Below, piece after piece: positions 39,557 to 49,261 of a stretch of DNA of 64,000 bases. The stretch spans positions 27,182 through 91,181 of the forward strand of contig CAWCEI010000007.1 in assembly GCA_963794535.1 (NCBI GenBank). The letters run 5' to 3'. The stretch's first letter is position 1. Every line of letters starts with the position of its first letter. Below the pieces are notes generated by a model. It was not told the origin of the DNA and ran no database searches. It saw only the letters and a list, made by a program, of their open reading frames with translations. The position numbers were made by a program, and so were the translations under genes. This DNA is from an uncultured Actinomycetota bacterium (GTDB lineage Bacteria; Actinomycetota; Actinomycetes; Actinomycetales; CAVURS01).

Positions 39557-40847
39557 CAGCCGGTACGACGAGCCGGTCCAAGCGGCCGCTCGTGGCGCTG
39601 CTCGGCGCGTCCGGGGTCTCGCTGATCGGCACCCGGCTGTCGGTGATCGCCCTGCCGCTGTTCGTCCTGATCACCACGGGATCGCCGACCCGGACCGGCC
39701 TGGTGGCGTTCGCCGAGATGACCCCGATGGTGCTGGCCCAGGCGCTCGCCGGGCCGATCACGGACCGGGTCGGGCCGCGCCGGGTCAGCGTCGATCTGCG
39801 ACCTGGTCAGCGGGTCGGTGCTGGTGCTGATCCCGCTGCTGTACGCGCTCGACCGGCTGAGCTTCGCGGCGCTGCTGGTGATCGTCGCCTTCGTCGGCCT
39901 GGCGCGGGGGCCGGGTGACGGCGCGAAGTTCGTGATGGCGCCGCTCGTCGCGGCCGCGACCGGCCAGCCGGCGGAGCGCGTGCTGGGGCTCGAGGACGGG
40001 ATCAACCGGTCGGCCAGCGTGCTCGGCCCGCTCGGGGCCGCCGGACTGGTGGCCGCCCTCGGCGCACCGACGGCCATCGCCTTCGACGCCCTGTCGTTCC
40101 TGGTCGCCGCGGTCGCTCGTCGGCGTCGGCGTGCCCCGGTCGGTCGGGGCCGCGGCTCCGGTGCACGCGGACGACGACCCCGCGTCGTACCTCGCCCGGC
40201 TCCGCACCGGTGCGGCATTCGTGCGCCGCGACGGGCTGCTGCGCTCGATCGTCTACATGGTCGGGACGACGAACCTGCTCGACCAGGCGCTGTCGACGGT
40301 GCTGATCGTGGTCTGGGCCCGGTCGCGCGGCGGAGGGGCCGGCCTGATGGGGCTGGTCGCGGCGAGCATGGGCGCGGGCGCGGTGATCGGTGCGCTGACC
40401 GCGGCGTCGATCGGGCACCGGCTGCCCCGGCGGCTGACCTTCGCCGTCTCGTTCTTCCTGGTGGGTGCGCCGAGGTTCGGGGTGTTCGGGCTCGGGGCGC
40501 CGCTGTGGGTGGTGCTGCCGGTGCTGTTCGTCGGTGGCCTGGGCGTGGGGACGATCAACCCGATCCTCGGCGCCGTCCAGATCGAGCGGATCCCCGAGCA
40601 CCTGCGGGCCCGCGTGCTGTCGCTGATGACGAGTGCGACCGCCTGCCTCGTGCCGTTCGGCGGTCTGGTCGGCGGCCTGCTGACCGACCGGTTCGGGATC
40701 AGCGCGGCGCTGCTGACCTGCGGTGCGGTCTACACGGTGGCCACGATGGTGCCGGTGTTCCGGCCGGAGTGGCGCGAGATGGACCGCCGCCCGGCGCAGG
40801 CTCGCGGGCCTTCAGCCGCGGACTCGGCTGAGGCGGCCGTGGTCTAG
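39553..40847 (+). pseudogene. MFS transporter, 2 frameshifts
   Basis: The ATG overlaps the regulator stop (ATGA). LVALLGASGVSLIGTRLSVIALPLFVL..AFAEMTPMVLAQALAGPITDRVGPRR, then ORF 39818-40831 (LVLIPLLYALDRLSFAALLVIVAFVGLARGP..), then ORF 40131-40847 (..FFLVGAPRFGVFGLGAPLWVVLPVLFVGGLGVGTINPILGAVQIERIPEHLRARV..). Confidence 0.8.
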
Positions 40848-40881
40848 CGTCCTCGCAGGCCCATCGTGATCGGAGGTCGGG

Positions 40882-41544
40882 ATGCAGGACGCGACGGCCC
40901 ATCGGGCCCTCGTCCGGCGACGCGCCACGACCGGCCATCGCGGGCCGGGACGGCACGGCCAGGTCCTGCGCCGGGCGTCCGCGGCGGTGCTCCTGGCCGC
41001 TCTCGCCGTGGTGGTCGTCGGCGGGTTCGGCTTCGGCTGGAGCTGGACCGGCTTCCGCGGGAACCAGGACCTCTGGGACATCCTGCATCTGCTCGTACTT
41101 CCGCTCGCTCTGGCCGTCGTGCCGTTCTGGTACTCGACGACCGGCCGGCTGCACCCGGTCGCGATGGGGGTCCTGGCCGGTCTGGCCGCCAGCTTCATCG
41201 TGACCGTCGTCGGCGGTTACGCGTTCGGCTGGGCCTGGACCGGCTATCCGGGCAATACCTTGTGGGACTGGCTCGAGCTGCTGGTCCTCCCCGTGACGAT
41301 CACGCTCCTGCCGATCTGGCTGAAGACCCATCAGCGACTCGAGGTCGAGTGGCTGGTCGGTGCCTTGGTCTTCCTGGGTGCGTTGGGGGTCCTGGCGTTC
41401 TGCGGCTACCTGTTCGACTGGACCTGGACCGGCTTCCCGGGCAACACCCTGTGGGACTGGCTCGAGCTCTGCCTGGTGCCGTTCGTCGTGCCGGCGGTCA
41501 TCACCTGGCTGACGGCGAGCCAGTCGCCTGATCCGGCCGCATGA
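40882..41544 (+). CDS. Membrane protein built from three tandem ~60-aa repeats (W-rich motif + TM helix)
   Basis: Intact 220-aa ORF. Repeats: FGFGWSWTGFRGNQDLWDILHLLVLPLALAVVPFW / YAFGWAWTGYPGNTLWDWLELLVLPVTITLLPIW / YLFDWTWTGFPGNTLWDWLELCLVPFVVPAVITW. Confidence 0.7.
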   Translation: MQDATAHRALVRRRATTGHRGPGRHGQVLRRASAAVLLAALAVVVVGGFGFGWSWTGFRGNQDLWDILHLLVLPLALAVVPFWYSTTGRLHPVAMGVLAGLAASFIVTVVGGYAFGWAWTGYPGNTLWDWLELLVLPVTITLLPIWLKTHQRLEVEWLVGALVFLGALGVLAFCGYLFDWTWTGFPGNTLWDWLELCLVPFVVPAVITWLTASQSPDPAA

Positions 41545-43615
41545 CCAAGGCGCTGCGGCTGTCGGTGCTGTTCGGAGTGCTCGGCCTCGTCGTCCTGGCC
41601 GGTGGTCCGGCGGCTGCGGCCGCTCTGCCCGCCGCGCCGGCCCGCGTGCTGGGCGGGGACCCGCCCAAGGTCCTGGTCATCGCCGTGCCGGACCTGCGCT
41701 GGAGCGACCTGTCGCCGCAACAGACCCCAGCCATCTGGCGCCTGCTGACCGAGGGCGCCGCCGGCGCACTCTCGGTCAAGTCGACGCTATCAGCTGGCCG
41801 GCTGCGCTGACGGCCTGCTGACCCTCGGCGCGGGCGACCGAGCCGCCGCGGAAGCCAGCTCCGCCGAGGCCACCCCGTGCACCGGCCTGCACCCCGGCGC
41901 AGTCGGCCGAGCTCACCCGGCGCAGCGCCGCCACCCCGGCCGTCGGCACACTCGCCCGAGCCCTGCGGGCGCACGGGCTCCGGACCGCCACCCTCGGTGA
42001 AGCGGCCCGTCTGGTCCTGCCCGACGCGGATGTCGCCGCCCCCCTCGGCGCCGGCCCGGCCGTCGTCGGCGGCGCGGACCTCGCCGTCGCCGTCGACGAC
42101 GCGGTCTACTCGGCTGCGGCGAGCGCCCGGCCCGCGGCGGTCCGCGCCGCGGACACGGCCGTCGCCGAGCTCCTCGACCCGCTGCCGTCGACATCCACCG
42201 TGCTGCTCGTCGGCAGCAGCGACCGGCCCGCGACGGCGGCCAACCCGGTGCACGACGACGCGCACCTGCACGTGGCCCTGGCCCGCGGGCCGGGCTTCGG
42301 ACCCGGGCTACCTGTCCTCGCCGTCGACCCAGCGGACGCCGTACGCCGAGCTGATCGACGTCGCGCCGACGGTGCTGCACCTGCTCGGGGTCCCGGTGCC
42401 GAGCAGCGTGGTCGGCCGGGCCTGGCAGCAGCGCGAGCGGGCCCGCCGACCGCCGGCGAGCGGGCCGCCGCCCTGGCGGACCTCGACATCAAGGCGGTGC
42501 AGGGGGCGCGCTGGCGGCCGCTGTTCATGTGGTCGCTGGCCGTCGCGGCCCTGGTCGTCGTACTCCTGGCTCTCGTCGTCGCCGACCGCGGCCCGGGCTC
42601 GCGCGCCCGCCGCGCCGTCACGGTGGCCTGCTCGCTCGTGGCCGCGCTGCCCGTGGTGTCCTGGCTGCTCCAGCTGGTGCCCTGGTGGCGGTGGAACATC
42701 GCCCTGCTGCCCGTCCTGCTCCTGCTCGGCGCCGGCCTGGTCGCGGCGGCGGCCATCGCGGCGGCGCGGCGCCGGCCGGCCCGCGGGCTCGTGGTCGTCA
42801 CCGGCGTCAGCGGTCTGGTGCTCGTCGCCGACCTGGTCAGCGGGTCGCGGCTGCAGACCGCGGCCCTGCTCGGCGACTCCCCGATCACGGCCGGGCGGTT
42901 CTACGGCGCGGGCAACACGGCGTTCGGCGTGCTCGCGGCCTCGGCCCTGCTGGGCGCAGCCGTCGCCTTCGCGGCGCGGGCCGACCAACCTCGGCGTACG
43001 GCGATCCAGCGGGCGGCGCTGGCCGGGGTGGTCGTCGCGGTCGCGGCCGCGGTCGACGCGGCGCCGACCCTGGGCGCGGACCTCGGCGGGGCGCTCGCCC
43101 TCATGCCGTCGGCCGTGGTGCTGGTGCTGCTGCTGGCCCGGGTGCGGCTGGCCTCCGGCGCGGGCGTGGCCGCGCTGGCGATCGGGGCCGTGCCGCTCCT
43201 GGTCCTGGCCTGGTGGGACTACCACCGGCCGCCGGATCGTCGTACCCACATCGGCCGGTTCGTCGCGCAGGTGCTCGACGGGCAGGCCGGACCGGTGATC
43301 GGGCGCAAGATCTCGGCCAACCTCGGCCAGCTGGTCGGCAGCCCGTTCCTGCCGCTGGTCATCGGCACTGTCGTGGTCGTGGTCCTGGCGCTGCGCGGGC
43401 ATCGCGCCCGGCTGCGACCGGACCTTCGCGGCGACGCCCGGGCTGGGGCCGGCCGTGGTCGCCGTCACCCTGTGCGCCGTGCTCGGCGGGTGCTCAACGA
43501 CTCGGGCGTGACGGTGACTGGCATCATGCTGGCGGTGGCCCTACCGGCGGTCACGGCGCTCGCGCTGCGGGCCGACCCGGAGCCGGCCACTGAACCAGTG
43601 GCCGACGACCCCTGA
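41541..43615 (+). pseudogene. Large polytopic membrane protein with extracytoplasmic N-terminal domain, many frameshifts
   Basis: The ATG overlaps the upstream stop (ATGA). Signal sequence MTKALRLSVLFGVLGLVVLAGGPAAAAA, then KVLVIAVPDLRWSDLSPQQTPAIWRLL. Later TPYAELIDVAPTVLHLLGVPVPSSVVGRAW (ORF 41877-43298). ORF 42200-43615 contributes about 9 hydrophobic helices. The function is not recognisable. Confidence 0.55.
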
Positions 43616-43627
43616 CGGAGCTGACCC

Positions 43628-45279
43628 TTGGCCGTGCAGACGTCGCCCGGGGTCGAGTCGGCTCCCGGCTGGCCCGGCGCGCGACCTGCTCTGGCTGCCG
43701 AAGTTCCTGGTCCGGCACCCCTGGCTGATCACGGCCGGGCTCTGCGCGGTGCTGCTGGCGCTGCCGAAGACCGGCGGCGACCTGGCCGCGCAGGAGTTCC
43801 ACACCTGGGTCTTCCGGGCCCACGACGCGGTGCTGTGGAACAACTTCTGGTACTCCGGCCACCTGCTCGGCGGCTACAGCCTGCTCTTCCCGCCGCTGTC
43901 CGCGGCGCTCGGCACCCGGCTGCTCGGGGCGCTGGCCTGCGTGGGGGCGGCCGCCGCGGCGGCGGCCCTGTTCCGGGGGCCGGGCGCGTCGGTGACGATG
44001 GCGCGGCTCAGCCGGTCGGGTGGGGCGCGCGGCTGGCCGGGGTGTGGTTCGCCGTCGGGTGCCTCGGCCCGATGGTCGTGGGGCAGATGCCGTTCGGGGT
44101 CGGCGTCGCGTTCGGGCTGGCCGCGCTGTTGGCTGCGACGCGCTCGTCGCCCTGGCTGGCGGCGGCTGCGGCGCTCGCGGCGAGCCTGACCAGCCCGCTC
44201 GCCGGCGCGTTCCTGCTGATGGCCGGGCTGGCCTGGGCCACCGAGGTCGGCTGGCGCCGGGCCGCACCGCTCGCCTCGGCCGTGCTCGGCATCGGGGCGG
44301 CGTCGGTGCTGGGTGGCGGCGGGTTCTTCCCGTTCCCGCGGCAGGCGTTGGCGATCCTGCTGCTCTTCGCGCTCGGCTCGGTCGTGGTGGTGCGTGACCT
44401 GTCGCGGTCGCTGCGGGTCGGACTGCTCCTGTACGCCGGGTCGGCCATCGTCATCTGGGCCGTCCACAACCCGGTCGGCGGCAACATGGGCCGGCTCGGC
44501 GCGCTGGTCGGTGGCCCGCTGGCGGCGGTCGTGCTCGGGTCGCGGCAGCGCTGGCGCACCCTCGCCGTGGTGGCGCTGCCGCTGCTCGCCTGGCAGATCT
44601 GGCCGGGCACAACGGCGTTGCAACGGTCGGTCGGCGATCCCTCGGACCAGCCGGCGTACTTCACCGGGCTGACCGACTTCCTGCGCACCCAGGACCCGGG
44701 GCAGGGCCTGGTCGAGGTGCCGGCGCTGCGGCAGCACTGGGAGTCGTACTACGTGGCCAAGGCGTTCCCGATCGCCCGCGGGTGGGAGCGCCAGATCGAC
44801 TTGCGGTACAACGAGATCCTCTATCACCCGGACCTCACGGCCGACCAGCTGCACGACTGGCTGGTGCGGACCGGCGTCGGCCTGGTCGCGCTGCCGGATG
44901 CGCCGCTGGACTACTGGTCGCAGGCCGAGGCGCCGGCTGGTCGAGGCCGGCCAGCCGTGGCTGCGGCCGGTGTGGAGCAACGCGCACTGGCGGGTCTGGC
45001 GGGTCACCGACTCGCCCGGTCTGGTGACCGGGCCGTCGCACGCTGACCGCGCTGGGCGTGGACACGTTCGACCTGTCGTTCGACCGGGCCGGGCCGAGCG
45101 TCGTACGGCTGCACTGGAGCCCGTGGTGGCAGGTGACGTCGGGGGCCGCCTGTCTGCGGCCGGGTCCGGACGGCTGGACGACGGTCGAGGCGCGCGGTCC
45201 CGGGCAGGTGTCCGTGGCGGCGCGGTGGAGCCTGGCCGCGGCCGTCCGGCCGTCGCACTCCGCCGACCGCTGCACCTGA
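43628..45279 (+). pseudogene. Polytopic membrane protein of unknown function, at least 4 frameshifts
   Basis: WLPKFLVRHPWLITAGLCAVLLALPKTGGDLAAQEFHTWVFRAHDAVLWNNFWYSGHLLGGYSLLFPPL (ORF 43749-44189). The central part is in ORF 43628-45046 (..FPIARGWERQIDLRYNEILYHPDL..). The tail pieces are QPWLRPVWSNAHWRVWRV and DTFDLSFDRAGPSVVRLHWSPWWQV (ORF 45058-45279). Confidence 0.5.
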
Positions 45280-45542
45280 GGCCGGCAGCCCGCGCGGGTC
45301 AGCGCTTGATGACGAGGATCTCGGGGTCCGTCGGTCCATCCGGCGACGCTGACGGCCGATCGCCCGCGCCGAACGCCGCGATCAGGACGAGCCCGAGCCG
45401 AACCAAGGATGCTGCGGCAACGGTCTCCTCCGGGCGCCGATGCCGACATCGTCGACTACCGGCGTCGCGAGCTCACGTGGCGGGTCGCCCTCAACGGCGT
45501 CGACCGTCCGGTGAACAGGTCGCGACCGCGGTGCTCGCGGCC

Positions 45543-45584
45543 TTGATGCAACTGCGCGTCATATTTGACGCGCCGTTGCATCAA
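45543..45584. repeat. 42-bp palindrome (one mismatch), family copy C
   Basis: TTGATGCAACTGCGCGTCA-TATT-TGACGCGCCGTTGCATCAA, 83 nt upstream of the DUF899 gene start. Confidence 0.75.
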
Positions 45585-45667
45585 TACGGCTCGGACCAAG
45601 GGGTGGGTGTCGGCGACCGGTCGTAGGGTCGAACCGGTCCCGCCCGAACCGATCGAGGAGTGAGTCG

Positions 45668-46418
45668 ATGAGCCTGCCCGACGTGGTGTCCCGCGAGGAG
45701 TGGCTGGTGGCCCGCAGGAGCTGCTGGCCCGCGAGAAGGAAGCCACGCGTGCCCGCGACGCCCTCAACGCCGACCGGCGCCGAGCTGCCGATGGTGCTGA
45801 TCGACAAGGACTACGTGTTCGAGGGGCCGGACGGCGAGGTGGGCCTGACCGACCTGTTCGAGGGCCGGCGCCAGCTGGTCGTGCAGCACTTCATGTTCGA
45901 CCCGAGCTGGGACGAGGGATGCCCGAGCTGCACGGCCGGCGTCGACGAGCTCTCCGACGGCCTGCTCGAGCATCTATGGGCGCGCGACACGACGTACGCC
46001 GCGGTCTCCCGGGCACCGCTGGCCAAGCTCGAGGCCTACAAGGAGCGCAAGGGCTGGACGTTGCCCTGGTACTCGTCGTACGGCAGCGACTTCAACTACG
46101 ACTTCCACGTCTCGTTCGACGCCGACCAGGCGCCGGTGATGTACAACTACCGCGACCTCGACGAGCTGAAGGCCACCGGGATGGGCTGGCTCGCCGAGCA
46201 ACCCAGCGAGCAGCCCGGGGATGAGCTGCTTCCTGCGCCGACGGACGACGCCAGATCTTCCACACCTACTCCGACGCTTCGCCCGCGGCAACGACCACTG
46301 GGGCGGTGCGTACGGCGTACTGGATCTCACCGCGCTCGGGCGTCAGGAGGAGTGGGAGGAGCCAAAGGGCCGGGCCGGCGCCAGCGCCCACACCGCGACC
46401 CCGAGCTTCCAGGAGTGA
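45668..46418 (+). pseudogene. DUF899 thioredoxin-fold protein, about 5 frameshifts
   Basis: MSLPDVVSREEWLVARR / ELLAREKEATRARDALNADRRR (ORF 45700-46224) / LPMVLIDKDYVFEGPDGEVGLTDLFEGRRQLVVQHFMFDPSWDEGCPSCTAG..WTLPWYSSYGSDFNYDFHVSF.. / QIFHTYS / [31 protein letters not shown] (ORF 46221-46418). Confidence 0.8.
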
Positions 46419-46447
46419 CGCGTCAGGTGGGAGCGGGCTACTCCCAC
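46416..46447. terminator. Palindrome TGACGCGTCA plus 7-bp hairpin between convergent DUF899 and guaA
   Basis: TGACGCGTCA (46416-46425) starts at the DUF899 stop codon. GTGGGAG-CGGGCTA-CTCCCAC (46427-46447) spans the guaA stop (46438-46440). Confidence 0.4.
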
Positions 46448-47996
46448 TCGATGGTGCCGGGGGGCTTGCTGGTGACATCGACCACGACCCGGTTGACCTC
46501 GGGCACCTCGTTGGTGATCCGGGTCGAGATCCGGGCCAGCACGTCGTAGGGCACGCGGGTCCAGTCCGCCGTCATCGCGTCCTCGGACGAGACCGGCCGC
46601 AGCACGACCGGATGGCCATAGGTCCGGCCGTCGCCCTGCACGCCGACCGACCGTACGTCGGCCAGCAGCACGACCGGGCACTGCCAGATCTCCCGATCCA
46701 GCCCAGCCGCCGAAAGCTCTTCGCGCGCAACGAGATCCGCCGCCCGCAGGATCGCCAGCCGCTCGGCCGTGACCTCGCCCACGATCCGGATCCCGAGCCC
46801 CGGCCCGGGGAATGGTTGCCGCCAGACAATCGCCTCCGGCACGTCGAGCTCGAGCCCGACCGCCCGCACCTCGTCCTTGAACAGCCGGCGCAGCGGCTCG
46901 ACCAGCTCGAACTGCAGGTCGTCCGGCAGCCCGCCGACGTTGTGGTGCGACTTGATCGTCGCCGCGCCCTCGCCGCCACCGGACTCGACGACGTCGGGAT
47001 ACAACGTCCCCTGCACCAGGAACTTCACCTCGCCGCCGGCCACGATGTCCCGCGCCGCCGCCTCGAAGGCCCGGATGAACTCCCGCCCGATCGCCTTGCG
47101 CTTGTCCTCCGGGTCGGTCACGCCGGCGAGCGCGGCCAGGAACTGGCGGCTCGCGTCGACGACGACCAGCTCGACGCCGGTCGCAGCGACGAAGTCCTTC
47201 TCGACCTGCTCGGCCTCCCCGGCCCGCAGCAGCCCGTGGTCGACGAAGACGCAGGTGAGCTGGTCGCCGACGGCCCGGTGCACCAACGCCGCGGCCACCG
47301 ACGAGTCGACCCCGCCGGACAGCCCGCAGATGACCCGCGCATCCCCCACCTGCTCGCGCACCGACGCGATCAGGTCCTCGACGACCCCCGCCGTGGTCCA
47401 GTTCGGCGCGACCCGCGCGCCGCGGGTCAGGAAGTTCTCCAGCACCGCCTGCCCGTACGCCGTGTGCACGACCTCCGGGTGCCACTGCACGCCGTACAGC
47501 TGGCGGTCGTCGTCCTCGAAGGCCGCGACCGGCGACCCGGCCGACGCGCCCGGTGACCCGGAACCCCGCCGGCGCCGAGTGGACGGCGTCGCCGTGGCTC
47601 ATCCAGACCGACTGCTCGGCACCCTGGCCGTCGAACAGCACCGACCCGTCGGGCTGCACGGTCGCGACCGTCCGGCCGTACTCCCGCAGCCCGGTCTGGG
47701 CGACGTCGCCGCCGAGCGCCAGGGCCATCGCCTGGAACCCGTAACAGATCCCGAGCACCGGCACCCCGGCCTCGAACAGCGAGGCATCGACGGAGGGCGC
47801 GCCCTCGGCGTACACACTGCTCGGCCCGCCGGACAGGATCAGCGCGGACGGGTGCCGCTGCGAGCATCTCGGCGACCGGCATCGTGTGCGGCACGATCTC
47901 GCTGTAGCGGTTGGCCTCGCGGACCCGCCGGGCGATGAGCTGGGCATACTGCGCGCCGAAGTCGACGACGAGGACGGGGCCGGTGGCGTCGGTCAC
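46438..47996 (-). pseudogene. guaA: GMP synthase (glutamine-hydrolysing), at least 3 frameshifts
   Basis: N-terminus in ORF 47427-47996 ([36 protein letters not shown]). The GATase part is in ORF 46343-47947 ([38 protein letters not shown]). The ATP-PPase/dimerisation part is intact in ORF 46438-47490 ([38 protein letters not shown]). Confidence 0.9.
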
Positions 47997-48292
47997 GCGC
48001 TCAGGCTATCGGCCGAGACGTCCGCCGACTCGGCTCGGACCCGCTGGGTGACCTTGCGTTCGGCGATGAACGAGCAGAACGGCACCGTGCCGGCGATCGC
48101 GATCAGGAGCAGCCGGACGAGCGGCCAGCGCAGCCGCAGCCCGAGGTCGGCGGTGACGGCCAGATAGATCAGGTACAGGTAGCCGTGGGCGGTGCCCACG
48201 ATGGCCACGACCTTGTCGTTGTCGGCCCAGATCTGCAGCGGGATGCCGACGAACACCAGGATCACCAGGCCGATGCCGGTCACGATCGCCAT
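47993..48292 (-). CDS. DUF3817-like small membrane protein
   Basis: 99-aa ORF ([63 protein letters not shown]). Its stop overlaps the guaA GTG (GTGA). The true start may be ATG 48359, with one more frameshift near 48335. Confidence 0.65.
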   Translation of the reverse strand: MAIVTGIGLVILVFVGIPLQIWADNDKVVAIVGTAHGYLYLIYLAVTADLGLRLRWPLVRLLLIAIAGTVPFCSFIAERKVTQRVRAESADVSADSLSA

Positions 48293-48369
48293 GACCCGGT
48301 AGCGGGTCAGCGCCCCCGCGATCGGTCGGGTCCGGTTGGCCGGGGCAGGGCGCGGTCATGCGATCAGGG

Positions 48370-49233
48370 TCATGGTGCGGTGAGCTCCTTGGCGGGCTGG
48401 TGGCCGGCCGCGCGCGTCGCGGCGTCGATGGCGTCCTGGCGCACCATCCTCCACCACAGCAGGAGCGCGAAGGCACCGAAGAGCCACCACTGCAGCGCGT
48501 ACGCCGCGTTGCGCAGCCCCAGTCCGCCGCCCTCGTCCGCGGGCGGGGGCGGCACCGGCGTCAGGGCCACGGAGTCCGCCGAGCCCGGGTCGCCCGACCC
48601 CGCCTCGCCCGCCGCGGCGAAGACCAGCACGTTGTAGATCGGCCCGCCCCAACGGTTGACCAGGTCCGCGGTGTCAGCTGCGGGGATCTGGCCGGCCCCC
48701 GGCGACTCCGCCTGGTCCGGCGCCGGCTCCGGCGGCTGCAGCGAGCCCGCCACGGTGACCTGACCGCCGGGCGGCGGGAACGCCGCCGGCAGTCCGGCGG
48801 CCGACTTGGTGAAGCCCCGCACCACGGGCACCAGGGCCCCGGACGCGGTCCGCAGCGGCGCGAGCAGCCAGAAGCCGTCGACGCCGCCCTGCCGCTTGCC
48901 GGAGACCAGGACCTGCCGGCTGCCGTCGTACTCGCCGCTGACGGTGACCGGGCGGCCGACCATGTTGCCCCGGAAGACCTGCTGCGGCTGGGTCACCTGG
49001 TCCAGCGGCACCGGGCCGCCGGCCGATGCCGAGGTGGCGGCGGAGTGCGGGTGCTCCTTGGACTTCGCGACGTCCAGCTGCCAGTGCCCGAGCCAGCCGA
49101 AGACCACGCAGAGCACGGCGACCAACGCCAGCAGGCCCAGCCACCGCGGTTGCCGCGCGGTGCGCCAGACGGCCGACCGGTCGAGGGACACGTCAAAACG
49201 GTAACCGCCCGGACGTAAACCGCTTTTGTCCAA
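48370..49233 (-). CDS. SURF1-like membrane protein
   Basis: Intact 287-aa ORF. N-terminal TM with WLGHWQL, a central periplasmic part (..GRPVTVSGEYD..VLVSGKRQGGVDGFWLLAPL) and a C-terminal TM (YALQWWLFGAFALLLWW), as in SURF1/Shy1-type proteins. Confidence 0.7.
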   Translation of the reverse strand: MDKSGLRPGGYRFDVSLDRSAVWRTARQPRWLGLLALVAVLCVVFGWLGHWQLDVAKSKEHPHSAATSASAGGPVPLDQVTQPQQVFRGNMVGRPVTVSGEYDGSRQVLVSGKRQGGVDGFWLLAPLRTASGALVPVVRGFTKSAAGLPAAFPPPGGQVTVAGSLQPPEPAPDQAESPGAGQIPAADTADLVNRWGGPIYNVLVFAAAGEAGSGDPGSADSVALTPVPPPPADEGGGLGLRNAAYALQWWLFGAFALLLWWRMVRQDAIDAATRAAGHQPAKELTAP

Positions 49234-49261
49234 GGCTGTTCGCTCTCTACCGTGGAGCCTT

